From Synechococcus sp. (GTDB lineage: Bacteria > Cyanobacteriota > Cyanobacteriia > PCC-6307 > Cyanobiaceae), in contig JBJBCN010000002.1 in assembly GCA_047285805.1 (NCBI GenBank), positions 96,001 to 160,000 on the forward strand: a DNA stretch of 64,000 nt, in the 5' to 3' direction. This document shows positions 1 to 11,059 of this stretch, piece by piece (the first letter of the stretch is position 1; the number at the start of each line of letters is the position of its first letter). The notes under the pieces were generated by a model. The model was not told the origin of the DNA and searched no databases. It saw nothing but the letters and a program-made list of their open reading frames with translations. A program made the position numbers and the translations under genes.

Positions 1-11
1 ATGCCGGCGCC

Positions 12-719
12 GTGGCGGAGCTGGTCGCTGGTCGACTGCTGGAAGCCCTGCGCTCGAGCGGCAACCTTGGCCTGGCCACAGGGCGCACCATGCTGCCCGT
101 CTACAGCGCTTTGGTCCGGTTGCTGCATCAGTTGCCGCAGCAGGAGCGGCAGACGCTCTTGGCGGACTGGTGCAGCTTCAACCTCGATGAATACGTCGGT
201 CTTGGGGTGGATGACCCCCGCTCTTTTGCGGCCTTTATGCATGTCCAGCTGGGGGCACCGCTGCAGCTTCCCGGGGGGGCGCTGCGGATTCCCGATGGCC
301 AGGCACTGGACCCCCAGATGGAGGCGCTTCGCTATCGCGCGGACCTTGAAAGCGCCGGCGGCTTGGGTCTGCAGTTGCTGGGTTTGGGCAGCAACGGCCA
401 TGTTGGATTCAACGAACCCCCGTGTGGTCCCGAGATGCCCTGCCGCGCCTTGGCCTTGAGTGAGACGACCCGGGAGCAGAACGCGGACGCTTTTGGGGGG
501 AACCCGGACGATGTCCCGGATCAGGCCATCACCTTGGGAACAGCGGAGATCCTGGCGGCCGACTCCCTGCTGCTGGTGGTCACCGGGGCCGCGAAGTCTG
601 AGATCCTGCGGCGGACCCTGCAGGAGCCGCCCTGCGAAGCCGTGCCCGCCAGCTGGCTTCAGCGCCACCCCCGGCTGGAGGTCGTGGCGGACCGGGAGGC
701 TGCAGCCGCGCTTAGCTGA
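12..719 (+). CDS. nagB: glucosamine-6-phosphate deaminase (may start upstream of the window)
   Basis: [32 protein letters not shown] and PASWLQRHP motifs. Confidence 0.9.
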   Translation: MAELVAGRLLEALRSSGNLGLATGRTMLPVYSALVRLLHQLPQQERQTLLADWCSFNLDEYVGLGVDDPRSFAAFMHVQLGAPLQLPGGALRIPDGQALDPQMEALRYRADLESAGGLGLQLLGLGSNGHVGFNEPPCGPEMPCRALALSETTREQNADAFGGNPDDVPDQAITLGTAEILAADSLLLVVTGAAKSEILRRTLQEPPCEAVPASWLQRHPRLEVVADREAAAALS

Positions 720-1473
720 GGGCCGCCTCCATCAGCGCCTCATCCGCCTCTAGGTTGGAGGTCACCACGCGCACGTCATCTAACTCCTCGAGGGCGTCGA
801 GCAGTTTCAGGCAACCCGCGAGGGCCTCTGGATCTTCCAGTTGGCAGGGGGTCTGGGCTATCCAGCGGTGTTCCCAACTGGTGACCGGCAGCCCTGCCCG
901 GCGGAGGTTGTCTTGGAGGACCTCTAGCTGCTCAAACGGGCCGATGATCTCGGCTCCGTCGGCATCGATCTCGTAGCTGAGGACCTGGTCCTCGAGGTTG
1001 AGTAGCTGCTCGAGGAGCACCTCTTCCTGGAGGCCGGCTTGGCTCAAGCGCACGACGCTGTGGTGCTCGAAGAGGTAGCCAACGCAGCCGGTTTCGCCGA
1101 GGTTTCCGCCGTTTTTGTTGAAGGCCAGGCGAATTTCGGCGGCGGCCCGGTTGCGGTTGTCGGTGAGGGATTCGATCAGGACAGCCACTCCTCCAGGGCC
1201 GTAGCCCTCGTAGCGGACCTCCTCAAATTGGTCGGCCCCACTGCCCCCTTGCCCGGAGCCCTTGGCGATGGCCCGCTCGATATTGGCGTTGGGCACACGC
1301 GCAGCCTTGGCCTTCTCGATGGCGGTGCGCAGCTGGAAATTGCCCGCGGGGTCCGTTCCGGCACGGGCCGCCACCATGATTTCCCGGCCCAGGCGCGTGA
1401 AGACCGCCCCGCGCTTGGCATCCACCACGGCCTTGGTGCGTTTGATTTGGGCCCATCGGCTGTGGCCGGCCAT
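712..1473 (-). CDS. yebC: YebC/PmpR family protein
   Basis: [13 protein letters not shown]-terminus; [20 protein letters not shown]. Confidence 0.95.
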   Translation of the reverse strand: MAGHSRWAQIKRTKAVVDAKRGAVFTRLGREIMVAARAGTDPAGNFQLRTAIEKAKAARVPNANIERAIAKGSGQGGSGADQFEEVRYEGYGPGGVAVLIESLTDNRNRAAAEIRLAFNKNGGNLGETGCVGYLFEHHSVVRLSQAGLQEEVLLEQLLNLEDQVLSYEIDADGAEIIGPFEQLEVLQDNLRRAGLPVTSWEHRWIAQTPCQLEDPEALAGCLKLLDALEELDDVRVVTSNLEADEALMEAALS

Positions 1474-1491
1474 GCGTGATGTCGAAGTGAA

Positions 1492-2403
1492 CTAGCCCGC
1501 AGCGTCGAGCACGAGCTTGGGTTGCAATTGCCCGGGGGATGCAACCCGGGCCATACCCGCCAGGTTGCCATCTGGATCCAGCACCACAACGGGGCTCTCG
1601 AGGTCCCAGCTGGGGTCACAGCTCTGGAGTCGCCCGCAACGCCAGCCCGTCATCCCTTCGCCATCCAGCTGATGCTGGGGCAGGTGGCCGAGCACCTCCA
1701 GGGGATTCACCAGGGCGGGGGGCTCCCCCTCCAGCTGCTCCAACGGCACGCTCTGCTCCAGCCCAAACCCCAGGGCCCGGGTCCGCCGCAAGAGCGCCAG
1801 GCTGCCGCCGCAACCTAGGGCGTCGCCGAGGTCCCGGGCCAAGGAGCGTATGTAGGTGCCGGCGCTGCAGTGCACCTCCAGTTCGATGCGGCCCTGGGCT
1901 GGATCCCAATTCAGCAACTCCAGCCCGTGAATCATGACGGGCCGAGGGGCGAGCTCCGGGCATTGGCCGGCGCGGGCCAATTTGTAGGCCCTCTCTCCAT
2001 TGACGTGAACCGCGGAGACAGCCGGTGGACGTTGTTGTATGGCGCCGCGGAAGGGGGCGAGGGCGGAGGCGAGGTCTGTGACGCTGAGGCTGGGGACGGG
2101 GCGCTTCTCGAGCACCTCCCCCTCCATGTCATCGCTGTTGGTGCGCACCCCCAGCTGGATGATGCCTCGGTAGGTCTTGTCGCCTTCGAGGTAGGGCAGC
2201 AGCCGGGTGGCGGGGCCTAAGGCGATGGGCAGCACCCCGGTCACGGCTGGGTCCAGTGTCCCCCCATGGCCCACCCTTTTGAGCCCATAGGCCCGGCGGA
2301 TACGCGAGACACAGCTGTGGGAGCTCATCCCTGCCGGCTTGTCGAGCACGAGAAAGCCGCAGATCAACGCTGGATTGAGGCGAGCAGGTTGCAATGCTGC
2401 CAC
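1492..2403 (-). CDS. truB: tRNA pseudouridine(55) synthase
   Basis: GFLVLDKPAGMSSH, VGHGGTLDPAVTGVL, CSAGTYIRSLARDLG; start estimated at GTG 2403. Confidence 0.93.
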   Translation of the reverse strand: MAALQPARLNPALICGFLVLDKPAGMSSHSCVSRIRRAYGLKRVGHGGTLDPAVTGVLPIALGPATRLLPYLEGDKTYRGIIQLGVRTNSDDMEGEVLEKRPVPSLSVTDLASALAPFRGAIQQRPPAVSAVHVNGERAYKLARAGQCPELAPRPVMIHGLELLNWDPAQGRIELEVHCSAGTYIRSLARDLGDALGCGGSLALLRRTRALGFGLEQSVPLEQLEGEPPALVNPLEVLGHLPQHQLDGEGMTGWRCGRLQSCDPSWDLESPVVVLDPDGNLAGMARVASPGQLQPKLVLDAAG

Positions 2404-2428
2404 CGTGTGGCGCAGCTGATGGCCCCGA

Positions 2429-3163
2429 ATGCCTGTGGATGAGGCTCTGCAACAGCGCCGGGAGCTGGCCTTCCTGGTGCTCTCCGGTCTGTTCCTGGGA
2501 ACGATGGGGATGTTGAACATCCTCGGGCTGACCCGCTTTCTGCAGCTCGGTCAAATCGGGTCCTGGCCGGTGGTGGTGGCCGTCGGTGCCCTCCCCTATC
2601 CGGTGACCTTTCTCTGCACGGACCTGATCAGTGAGATCTGGGGTGAGAAGCGGGCCAATCAGCTGGTTTGGGTGGGCCTGCTCCTCAATGGCTGGATCGT
2701 GCTGGTGCTCTGGCTCGGCGGCGTCTTGCCGGGCCTGCCCGGGGCACCCGATGAGACTTTTTTTGCGGTGCAGGGGTTGGCCTTTGGCGCGGTGGGCGCA
2801 TCGATGGCGGCCTACATGGCGGCGCAGTTCACCGATGTGCGCCTCTTCCATTTCTGGAAACGCTTGACGGGTGGCCGGTCTCTTTGGTTGCGCAACAACG
2901 GGTCGACCCTGGTGAGTCAGCTGGTGGATACGACGGCGGTGGTGCTCATCAGCCACTACGCCGCCCATGTGTTGCCGATTCGAGCGGATCTCCCCGTGGC
3001 GCCACAGCTGGTGAACTTCATCGCCAGTGGCTATCTGTTCAAGGCCTTGGCGGCTTTGCTGGACACCCTGCCCTTCTATTGGTTAACGGCCTGCTTACGC
3101 CGTTGGTTGAAGGTGCCTGGGGCCGGGGCGGAGTTGGTCCCTGAGCAGCGACCTCTACGGTGA
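2429..3163 (+). CDS. queuosine precursor transporter (YhhQ/VUT family)
   Basis: Multi-TM; YPVTFLCTDLISEIWG and LWLRNNGSTLVSQLVDT. Confidence 0.88.
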   Translation: MPVDEALQQRRELAFLVLSGLFLGTMGMLNILGLTRFLQLGQIGSWPVVVAVGALPYPVTFLCTDLISEIWGEKRANQLVWVGLLLNGWIVLVLWLGGVLPGLPGAPDETFFAVQGLAFGAVGASMAAYMAAQFTDVRLFHFWKRLTGGRSLWLRNNGSTLVSQLVDTTAVVLISHYAAHVLPIRADLPVAPQLVNFIASGYLFKALAALLDTLPFYWLTACLRRWLKVPGAGAELVPEQRPLR

Positions 3164-3169
3164 ACAGCC

Positions 3170-3916
3170 ATGACCGTCACCGCCCCTCTCTCCCTCGATC
3201 ATTTCCTCGCCGGGGGTTTTGATCTGCGCCAGCAACTGGGGGCCCATCTCTCGCTCTCGGTGGCTGAGCTCGAGCGGCAATTGCCCTTGGCCACCGAAGC
3301 GCTTGCCGCCGCCCATCCCGGGGCCTTCAATCCTGATCAGGCCGGCAGCTTTTACGAAAACGAGGTGGGCCATGCCCATCTGCTGGAGCTTGCGGCTTGG
3401 CACCTGAGCAGCGCCGATTACATCGCGGACACTCTGCGGCTTCAGGCGATGTTTGCCAAAGGGCACGTGCTGGATTTCGGCGGCGGCATTGGCACCCACG
3501 CCTTGGCAGCGGTGGCCCTGCCCGCTGTCGAGGCGGTCTGGTTTGTCGACCTCAACCCGGCCAACCGTGCCTTTGTGACGGAGCGGGCGGAGCGCTTTGG
3601 CTTGGCCCATAAGTTGCGCTGTTTCCGCGACCTCGGGGATGCCGCCCTACCGGGCCAGTTCGACACGGTGGTTTGCCTGGATGTGCTTGAGCACCTCAAT
3701 GAACCATCGGCGCAACTCGATCAGTTCGCGCAGCGGATGGCGCCAGAGGCGATTGCGTTGCTGAATTGGTATTTCTTCCAGGGCTTTAACGGCGAGTACC
3801 CGTTCCACTTCGACGATCCGGCTTTGGTGGAGAGCTTCTTCCGCACCGTTCAGGCCCGCTTCCTCGAGGTGTTTCACCCTTACCTGATCACTACCCGCGC
3901 CTATCGCCTGGCCTGA
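3170..3916 (+). CDS. class I SAM-dependent methyltransferase
   Basis: VLDFGGGIG motif I; FDTVVCLDVLEH. Confidence 0.85.
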   Translation: MTVTAPLSLDHFLAGGFDLRQQLGAHLSLSVAELERQLPLATEALAAAHPGAFNPDQAGSFYENEVGHAHLLELAAWHLSSADYIADTLRLQAMFAKGHVLDFGGGIGTHALAAVALPAVEAVWFVDLNPANRAFVTERAERFGLAHKLRCFRDLGDAALPGQFDTVVCLDVLEHLNEPSAQLDQFAQRMAPEAIALLNWYFFQGFNGEYPFHFDDPALVESFFRTVQARFLEVFHPYLITTRAYRLA

Positions 3917-3925
3917 CGCCTGGCA

Positions 3926-3957
3926 CAAAAAAAGCCGGCATCCAGGTGCCGGCTAAA
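3926..3957. terminator. rho-independent terminator between convergent genes
   Basis: A-run followed by hairpin agccggca-tccagg-tgccggct. Confidence 0.7.
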
Positions 3958-3976
3958 GCCTCAGTGGCAGTGGGCC

Positions 3977-4240
3977 TCAGCCGACGGCCACGTTGATGCG
4001 CTTGCGGGTGCGCAGACCACGCTTGATGGTGTCGAAGCTGACCACGCCATCCACGAGGGCGAAGAGGGTGTCATCAGCACCGCGGCCGACGTTGTTGCCC
4101 GGGAGCACGGAGGTGCCGCGCTGGCGGATCAGAATCGAGCCAGCGTTGACGGATTCGCCGCCGTAGCGCTTGACGCCCAGACGCTTGGCGTTGGAGTCGC
4201 GGCCGTTACGGGTGGAGCCGGTGCCTTTCTTGTGGGCCAT
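3977..4240 (-). CDS. rpmA: 50S ribosomal protein L27
   Basis: [16 protein letters not shown]. Confidence 0.98.
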   Translation of the reverse strand: MAHKKGTGSTRNGRDSNAKRLGVKRYGGESVNAGSILIRQRGTSVLPGNNVGRGADDTLFALVDGVVSFDTIKRGLRTRKRINVAVG

Positions 4241-4281
4241 GGGGGAGAGAGCTCAGGGATTCAAAGGAAGGATCTGGAGGA

Positions 4282-4635
4282 TCAGGGCAGTGCTTTGCCG
4301 CCGACGCTGATGGACTTGACCATCACGCGGGTGAGCTCCTGACGGTGACCGTTCTTACGGCGGGTCTTCTTCTTAGGGCGCATCTTGTAGACGATGACCT
4401 TCTGGCCGCGGCGGTGAGCCATCACCTGCAGCTCAACAGTGGCACCTTTCACATATGGCTGACCGACGTTGGCCGCCTGGCCGTCGTTCACTAGCAGCAC
4501 GTTCTCGAGGGTGAGGGTGCTGTCGACCTCGGCGTGGATCCGGTTGAGGTCGTAGTAGCGGTTGGGCTGGACCCAGACCTGGGTCCCAGACGTTTCAACG
4601 ATGGCGTAAGGGCCGGCTTGCGAATCAGTACTCAT
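4282..4635 (-). CDS. rplU: 50S ribosomal protein L21
   Basis: [10 protein letters not shown]...[15 protein letters not shown]; start at ATG 4635. Confidence 0.96.
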   Translation of the reverse strand: MSTDSQAGPYAIVETSGTQVWVQPNRYYDLNRIHAEVDSTLTLENVLLVNDGQAANVGQPYVKGATVELQVMAHRRGQKVIVYKMRPKKKTRRKNGHRQELTRVMVKSISVGGKALP

Positions 4636-4778
4636 GACAGGGGGGGCGTGGTCAGGCTGACGGGAGGACGCCGTCATTGCGGCCTGCCACGGCAATTGGA
4701 AGACAAACAATTAGTTTCACCGCTTGAGGTGACTCCCGTCAACACTGAGGTCAATCGCGAGGCCCCCAACTGCGGCCA

Positions 4779-5624
4779 ATGACCCAGCCGGCGCTCACCA
4801 TTGCTTCGCTGTTGTCGGACCCGCGTTTGGTCAAGGGCGCCACCAGCTGGCTCAAGGGCGAGCGCTATCGCTTGGAGGATCTGGGCTCCCTGTTCGATCC
4901 CATCAGCGAGTTGCTTCAGCGTCGGGATGCTTTCGATGTGGTCCTGCTGCAGCAGGGGGTGACTGCTGCAGAAGCCCTCGAGGGTTTGCGTCAACACGGG
5001 CTCCTATTGCCGGCAGTTGTTGTCGGAGAAGTCAGCGGCCGTGTCGACTATCACGACGCTGAAGTGCATCTGCCCCAGGACCAGCTCGAACAGATCGTCT
5101 ACAGCCTGGATGCGGCGGTCTCGCGCTTTCTGCGCAAGGGAATGTCCGCGGGGAAGGAGTCCTCGGGTGAGTCCACTTCGACTCCCCAGCCTTGGCGGCT
5201 ACCCAATCGCCTGCAGGGTCGTTTGGGGTATCTGGGCGTCTTCTACAAGCGCGACCCCTCCCTGTTTCTGCGCAATCTCCCGAAGGAAGACCATGAGGAG
5301 TTGCGTCAGTCGTTGCAGCGGGGGTATCGGGATGTCCTGATCAGTTACTTCAAGGACCCCGCGGCGGCCAACCAGGCAATTGAAAGTTTTGTGCACAGCG
5401 CTTTCTTCTGCGATCTCCCTGTCAACAGCGTTGTTGAAATCCACGTCGATCTCATGGATTCCTTCTGGAAGCAACTGCGACTCGAGGGCCATAAAAATGA
5501 TTTTCTTCAGGATTACAGGCTTGCGCTCTTGGACGTCATGGCCCATTTGTGTGAGATGTACAGGCGCTCCATTCCCCCGGACACCCCGTTCGCTGAGCTG
5601 CCACCCGGTGAAGTTAGTGCGTAG
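4779..5624 (+). CDS. kaiA: circadian clock protein KaiA
   Basis: RLGYLGVFYKRDP and DYRLALLDVMAHLCEMYRRSIP. Confidence 0.96.
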   Translation: MTQPALTIASLLSDPRLVKGATSWLKGERYRLEDLGSLFDPISELLQRRDAFDVVLLQQGVTAAEALEGLRQHGLLLPAVVVGEVSGRVDYHDAEVHLPQDQLEQIVYSLDAAVSRFLRKGMSAGKESSGESTSTPQPWRLPNRLQGRLGYLGVFYKRDPSLFLRNLPKEDHEELRQSLQRGYRDVLISYFKDPAAANQAIESFVHSAFFCDLPVNSVVEIHVDLMDSFWKQLRLEGHKNDFLQDYRLALLDVMAHLCEMYRRSIPPDTPFAELPPGEVSA

Positions 5625-5663
5625 TCCTTAATCCTTTCATTTTTTTCTTCGGAGGTGATTTCA

Positions 5664-6011
5664 ATGAGTCCACGCAAGACCTACATCCTCAAGCTCTATG
5701 TGGCGGGGAACACGCCGAACTCGATGCGTGCACTCAAAACCTTGCGAAACATCCTGGATACGGAGTTTCAAGGGGTGTATGCGTTGAAGGTGATTGATGT
5801 GCTTAAGAACCCTCAGCTGGCCGAAGAAGACAAGATTCTGGCGACGCCCACGCTCTCGAAAATTCTTCCGCCGCCCGTGCGCCGGATTATCGGCGACTTG
5901 TCAGATAGAGAAAGGGTTTTGATTGGTTTGGACCTCTTGTTTGAAGAGCTCAGTGATGAGGCCTTGGCTGAGTCTTTTGTCGATGAGAACGTGGTGGGAG
6001 ACCTTGTGTGA
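5664..6011 (+). CDS. kaiB: circadian clock protein KaiB
   Basis: [17 protein letters not shown]...ILATPTL. Confidence 0.98.
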   Translation: MSPRKTYILKLYVAGNTPNSMRALKTLRNILDTEFQGVYALKVIDVLKNPQLAEEDKILATPTLSKILPPPVRRIIGDLSDRERVLIGLDLLFEELSDEALAESFVDENVVGDLV

Positions 6012-6088
6012 AAACCCAGTTCAAACCCTTGAGAAAGGCTGCCAGAGTCACGAAAACTCTCTAAATTTTCAGTAGGACAACACCTTCC

Positions 6089-7630
6089 ATGCAGGATCCA
6101 AGCCCGCAACCCAAAAGCCTGTCCTCGCTCCAGAAGCTGCCTACAGGGATCGAGGGCTTTGATGATGTTTGCCAGGGGGGCTTGCCAATTGGTCGCTCCA
6201 CGCTGATCAGTGGCACCTCGGGTACGGGTAAGACGGTCTTCTCGCTGAACTTCCTCTACAACGGTATTCGTCAGTTCGACGAGCCCGGCATTTTTGTCAC
6301 GTTTGAAGAGTCGCCGCTCGACATTCTCCGTAACGCCGCCAGCTTTGGCTGGAATCTTCAGGAGATGGTCGAGCAGGACAAATTGTTCCTGCTCGATGCT
6401 TCTCCGGATCCTGAAGGACAGGACGTTGCCGGCAGTTTTGACCTCTCGGGTCTGATCGAGCGGATCAACTACGCGATTCGAAAGTACAAGGCCCGGCGCG
6501 TGGCGATCGATTCGATCACGGCGGTCTTTCAGCAGTACGACGCGGTGTCGGTCGTCCGCCGCGAAATCTTCCGCTTGATTGCTCGCCTCAAGGAGATCGG
6601 TGTTACCACGGTGATGACCACCGAGCGCATTGATGAGTACGGCCCGATTGCCCGCTACGGGGTTGAGGAGTTCGTGAGCGACAACGTTGTGATCCTCCGC
6701 AACGTGCTGGAGGGTGAGCGGCGCCGACGCACGGTGGAGATCTTGAAGCTGCGCGGCACGACCCACATGAAGGGCGAATTCCCCTTCACCATGGGCTCCC
6801 ACGGCATCAGTGTCTTCCCGCTGGGGGCGATGCGCTTGACCCAGCGCAGCTCCAATGTGCGTGTTAGTTCGGGCGTCCCCCGCATAGATGAGATGTGCGG
6901 TGGTGGCTTCTTCAAGGACTCGATCATTCTGGCCACCGGTGCCACTGGTACGGGAAAGACCCTGCTGGTCAGCAAATTTGTAGAAAACGCCTGCGCCAAC
7001 AAGGAGCGGGCGATCCTGTTCGCCTACGAGGAATCCCGCGCTCAACTGCTGCGCAATGCCACCAGTTGGGGCATTGATTTTGAAGACATGGAGCGCCAGG
7101 GCCTCCTCAAAATCATCTGTGCCTATCCGGAGTCAACGGGCCTCGAGGATCACCTTCAGATCATTAAAACGGAAATCAGTCAGTTCAAGCCATCTCGGAT
7201 GGCCATTGACTCCCTCTCGGCCTTGGCTCGCGGCGTTAGTCACAACGCCTTCAGGCAGTTTGTGATTGGTGTGACCGGCTACGCCAAGCAGGAGGAGATT
7301 GCCGGCTTCTTTACTAATACCTCTGAAGAATTTATGGGGAGCCACTCCATTACGGACTCCCATATTTCGACGATCACAGACACCATCCTCTTGCTGCAGT
7401 ACGTCGAGATCCGCGGTGAAATGGCCCGTGCGCTCAATGTCTTCAAGATGCGTGGTTCCTGGCACGACAAGGGAATCCGAGAATTTGTGATCACCAGCAA
7501 CGGGCCTGAAATTAAAGATTCCTTCTCTAATTTTGAGCGGATCATTAGCGGTGTCCCGCACCGCATCAATCACGATGAGCGAAGCGAACTCTCGCGCATC
7601 GTGAAAGGCGTGGGTGAGGATCAGTTCTAG
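6089..7630 (+). CDS. kaiC: circadian clock protein KaiC
   Basis: Two P-loop ATPase domains (GTSGTGKT, GATGTGKT); SHISTITDTI phosphosite region. Confidence 0.98.
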   Translation: MQDPSPQPKSLSSLQKLPTGIEGFDDVCQGGLPIGRSTLISGTSGTGKTVFSLNFLYNGIRQFDEPGIFVTFEESPLDILRNAASFGWNLQEMVEQDKLFLLDASPDPEGQDVAGSFDLSGLIERINYAIRKYKARRVAIDSITAVFQQYDAVSVVRREIFRLIARLKEIGVTTVMTTERIDEYGPIARYGVEEFVSDNVVILRNVLEGERRRRTVEILKLRGTTHMKGEFPFTMGSHGISVFPLGAMRLTQRSSNVRVSSGVPRIDEMCGGGFFKDSIILATGATGTGKTLLVSKFVENACANKERAILFAYEESRAQLLRNATSWGIDFEDMERQGLLKIICAYPESTGLEDHLQIIKTEISQFKPSRMAIDSLSALARGVSHNAFRQFVIGVTGYAKQEEIAGFFTNTSEEFMGSHSITDSHISTITDTILLLQYVEIRGEMARALNVFKMRGSWHDKGIREFVITSNGPEIKDSFSNFERIISGVPHRINHDERSELSRIVKGVGEDQF

Positions 7631-9639
7631 ATCCCGTCCCCCAAATTGCTGCTGTTGCGCCGCTCGGCTTGGAGGCGCAGTTCCGTGTCGTCGGCATCCT
7701 CCAGGGGGAGGTCAAACCAGAAGGTGGTGCCCACATTGAGTTCGCTCACCATGCGAATCATGGCGCCGTGTTTCTCGAGGATGCCCCGCACAATCGATAG
7801 GCCCAGGCCAGTTCCGACTTCGGTGTGAACGGCATTCTCGACCCGGTAGAAGCGATCGAAAATCTTCTCTTGATCTTCGCGGGAGATGCCTGAGCCGGTG
7901 TCGGAGATCTCCACCCGCAGCTTTGGCAAGGGCGCGGTCAGTTGGCAGGCGGGGTTCTCCGGATTGGAAGCCGTGCTGGGGTCGATGGTGCAGGTGTCTG
8001 GCCATGGGTAGGCCCGCAGGCTGAGGCTGCCCCCGGCGGCCGTGAATTTCAGGCCGTTGCCCACGAGGTTGTCCAAGACCTGCAGCAGCAGGTCCCAGTT
8101 GCCACGAACCCGTGGCAACTCCTCGCGGGCATGCAGTTCGAGGGCGACGCCTTTTTCCTTGGCGTTCAGTTTGTAGTTCCGCAGGGTCTGCTCCATCGCC
8201 AGGGGCAGTTCCATCGCTTCCATCGACCAGGCCCGATCGCTCTCCAGTCGGGAGAGATCGAGAACGTCATTCACCAGTCGGGTGAGGCGATCGGTTTCGG
8301 CATTGGCGATGGCCAGGAAGTCACGCCGGTCCTCCTCGCTGAGCTGCTCGCCCATGTCATGGAGGGTTTCGACGTAGCTCTTGATGTTGAACAGCGGTGT
8401 CCGTAGCTCGTGGGAGACGTTGCTGATGAAACGGCTCTGGGCGGCGTTGAGTTCCACCTCCCGGGTTAGGTCCTGGATGGTGACTGCGATGCCCTTGAGG
8501 GTTTCGCCGCTGGCATCACGCACCGACTGAAAGACGATGCGCAGGGTGCGGGACGGTTCGCCGAAGCTGCAGCGCACGTCCGTGCTCTCTTTGTCGTTCT
8601 CCAGCAGGCTCTCGAGAGGAGTCTGCAGCTCGACATTGAGACCCTCGGGCAGTTCATCCATCAGTCGGGTGCCCTCCAGATTGCGGCCCTCCCAGCGGAA
8701 GAGGCGCCGGGCGGTTGGATTCACCAGCACCACCCGGCCTGCGGAATCCAGCAGCAAGGCCCCATCCGCCATGGTGGCGATCAGGGATTGTTGCTTCACC
8801 TGTGCCGCGGTCAGTTCCTCGATGTTGGCTTCGTTGTAGGCCTCCAGCTGGGAGGCCATGTCGTTAAAGCCGTCCAGCAGTTCGCCCAATTCCCCGCCCA
8901 CAGGCAGGCCGATCCGGGCTTCGAAATCCCCTCCTGCAATCGAGCGCACGCCCCGCAGCAACTCCTTCACCGGTTGGGTGATGGTCAGGGCGTTGAAGAC
9001 CGCTCCCAGGATCACCAGGATCCAGATCGAAATGAAGACCGCCACGGTCACCTCGCGGCTCAAGGCTGCACTGGCCAGGGCGGCTTCGTTGGGGTTGATC
9101 CCCAGGGCGAGCACACCCATGTAGCGCCCATTGGTCACAAGGGGAACAAAGACATCGGTGACCTGGCCGTCGGGGGTGAGATGCTGACGGATCAGCGGGT
9201 TCTGCGGACGCTTGGAGAGTTCCGCGGGCAACTCCAATTTGCGGCTGAGCAGCAGCTCACTGCTGCCCGTGGTGCCGCTGATCGGGATCCCGAGGTAGAT
9301 GACCCCATCGGGGTCCGCGAAGAAGATGTAGCGAAGGCTTCGGCTGGATTTCCAGAACCGCTCGGCGACGGCGGCCAGCTCACGGTCGTTGCCCTGAGCC
9401 ACCAATGGCGTGAGGTTGGCGGATAGCAGTAGTCCCAGGTCGCGGGCATAGCGGGTGTCGCTCATGCGTACATCCGCCTGGATGCCATTCAGCGCAAAAA
9501 AAGTAATGGCTGTCATCACCAGGCTGACCACCAGGGTCGCGGCCGCCAGCAACTTGGTCTGGAGGCTGAATTCCGCCCACCAGCGCACCAGGCTCTGCCA
9601 CCAACGGCGAGGGGCAAGCGGGGCGGAGCTGCTGGTCAA
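7627..9639 (-). CDS. nblS: sensor histidine kinase NblS/Hik33 (TM-HAMP-PAS-HisKA-HATPase)
   Basis: WWAEFSLQTKLLAAAT N-terminus; SNVSHELRTPL H-box; GTGLGL G2 box. Confidence 0.92.
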   Translation of the reverse strand: MTSSSAPLAPRRWWQSLVRWWAEFSLQTKLLAAATLVVSLVMTAITFFALNGIQADVRMSDTRYARDLGLLLSANLTPLVAQGNDRELAAVAERFWKSSRSLRYIFFADPDGVIYLGIPISGTTGSSELLLSRKLELPAELSKRPQNPLIRQHLTPDGQVTDVFVPLVTNGRYMGVLALGINPNEAALASAALSREVTVAVFISIWILVILGAVFNALTITQPVKELLRGVRSIAGGDFEARIGLPVGGELGELLDGFNDMASQLEAYNEANIEELTAAQVKQQSLIATMADGALLLDSAGRVVLVNPTARRLFRWEGRNLEGTRLMDELPEGLNVELQTPLESLLENDKESTDVRCSFGEPSRTLRIVFQSVRDASGETLKGIAVTIQDLTREVELNAAQSRFISNVSHELRTPLFNIKSYVETLHDMGEQLSEEDRRDFLAIANAETDRLTRLVNDVLDLSRLESDRAWSMEAMELPLAMEQTLRNYKLNAKEKGVALELHAREELPRVRGNWDLLLQVLDNLVGNGLKFTAAGGSLSLRAYPWPDTCTIDPSTASNPENPACQLTAPLPKLRVEISDTGSGISREDQEKIFDRFYRVENAVHTEVGTGLGLSIVRGILEKHGAMIRMVSELNVGTTFWFDLPLEDADDTELRLQAERRNSSNLGDGI

Positions 9640-9663
9640 AGCGCTTAGATCGGCCGCGGCAGC

Positions 9664-10956
9664 TTAGTTGCTGCGTACCTGGTGGCCGATGTCCCGTCGG
9701 TAGGTGATGCCCTCAAAGTGCACCTGTTTCAGCCCGGCGTAGGCCTTGGCAAAGGCAGTATCAAAGTCACCGGCTTGGGCCACCATCGCCAACACGCGGC
9801 CCCCATTGGTGTGGCAGATCCCGGCGTCATCCCGGCGGGTGCCGGCATGGAAGAGCTGCAGATCGGCCCCGTTCTCCATCTGGCTGGCGATGGGCTCGCC
9901 CTTCCGGATCTCCCCGGGATACCCCTGGGCGGCGGCGATCACGCAGGCGCTGCACTGCTCGGTGATCGTCAAGGTGGGGGCCGTTGCCAATTGTCCGGTC
10001 GCGCAGGCCAGCAGCACCGCCGCGAACTCCGGTCCCATCAGCGGCATCAAGGTCTCGCACTCCGGATCGCCGAATCGGCAGTTGAACTCGATCACACTTG
10101 GTCCGGTCTCGGTGAGCATCAGCCCCGCGTAGATCACGCCGCGGTAGCTGATCCCCCGGGCCTGGAGAGCCGCCAGGGCGGGCTCAAGCACGAGCCGCTT
10201 CACCTCTTCGAGACCGGCCTGATCAAGCAGCGGTGCCGGGGCGTAGGCCCCCATTCCCCCGGTGTTCGGGCCGACGTCGCCCTCACCGATGCGTTTGTGG
10301 TCCTGGGCGGGGGGCAGCAGCACCATCTGCTCTCCATCACTAAGGGCAAAGACCGAGACCTCGGGGCCATGGGTGCGTTCCTCCAAGACCAGGGAGGCGT
10401 CCCCGCCGAAGCGTCCCGCAAAGATCTCCTCAATGGCTGTGCGGGCCTCCTCCACGCTCTCGGCCACGGTCACACCCTTGCCGGCGGCCAGTCCATCGGC
10501 CTTCACCACCAGGGGCTTGCCTTGGGACTCGAGGGCGCTGAGGGCTTCGTCGCGGCTGTTGGCTTTCCAGTAACCGGCTGTGGGGATCCCGGCCTCCACC
10601 ATCAGTGCCTTGGCCCACTGCTTGCTGGCCTCCAACTGGGCGCCGTCCGCGCCCGGCCCAAACACGGCGAATCCAGCTTCCCGGAGCCGATCCGCCAGGC
10701 CGGCGGCGAGGGGGGCTTCGGGGCCCACCACCACCAAATCAATGTTCTTCTCCTGGCAGGTCTCTAGCAGGGCCTCCTGATCGCCCTCGATAATGGCCAG
10801 CTGAATGCAGCCCTGGAGTTCCGCGGTGCCGCCATTGCCGGGGGCCACCCAGACCTTTTGGACGCCGGTGCTGCGGGCGAGGGCCCAGGCCAAGGCGTTC
10901 TCCCGTCCGCCCCCTCCGACGACCAGCACGTGTTGCGGGGTAACGGTCGCGGTCAT
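9664..10956 (-). CDS. purD: phosphoribosylamine--glycine ligase
   Basis: [36 protein letters not shown]. Confidence 0.97.
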   Translation of the reverse strand: MTATVTPQHVLVVGGGGRENALAWALARSTGVQKVWVAPGNGGTAELQGCIQLAIIEGDQEALLETCQEKNIDLVVVGPEAPLAAGLADRLREAGFAVFGPGADGAQLEASKQWAKALMVEAGIPTAGYWKANSRDEALSALESQGKPLVVKADGLAAGKGVTVAESVEEARTAIEEIFAGRFGGDASLVLEERTHGPEVSVFALSDGEQMVLLPPAQDHKRIGEGDVGPNTGGMGAYAPAPLLDQAGLEEVKRLVLEPALAALQARGISYRGVIYAGLMLTETGPSVIEFNCRFGDPECETLMPLMGPEFAAVLLACATGQLATAPTLTITEQCSACVIAAAQGYPGEIRKGEPIASQMENGADLQLFHAGTRRDDAGICHTNGGRVLAMVAQAGDFDTAFAKAYAGLKQVHFEGITYRRDIGHQVRSN

Positions 10957-11059
10957 GGAGGGCTGGAGGCGGTTGGTCAGTTCGGTGATCAGAGCGGTGA
11001 GCTCCCCTAGGTTGTTCCCCAGAAGACTGCTCCGGGTGCCTTTCCTTCTTTACTCGCGG

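Noticed and set aside
9682..10767. Long antisense ORFs (e.g. 9682-10767, 5813-7045, 12780-14129, 33669-34733)
   Set aside because: They are shadow ORFs of high-GC core genes on the opposite strand, with no independent motifs.
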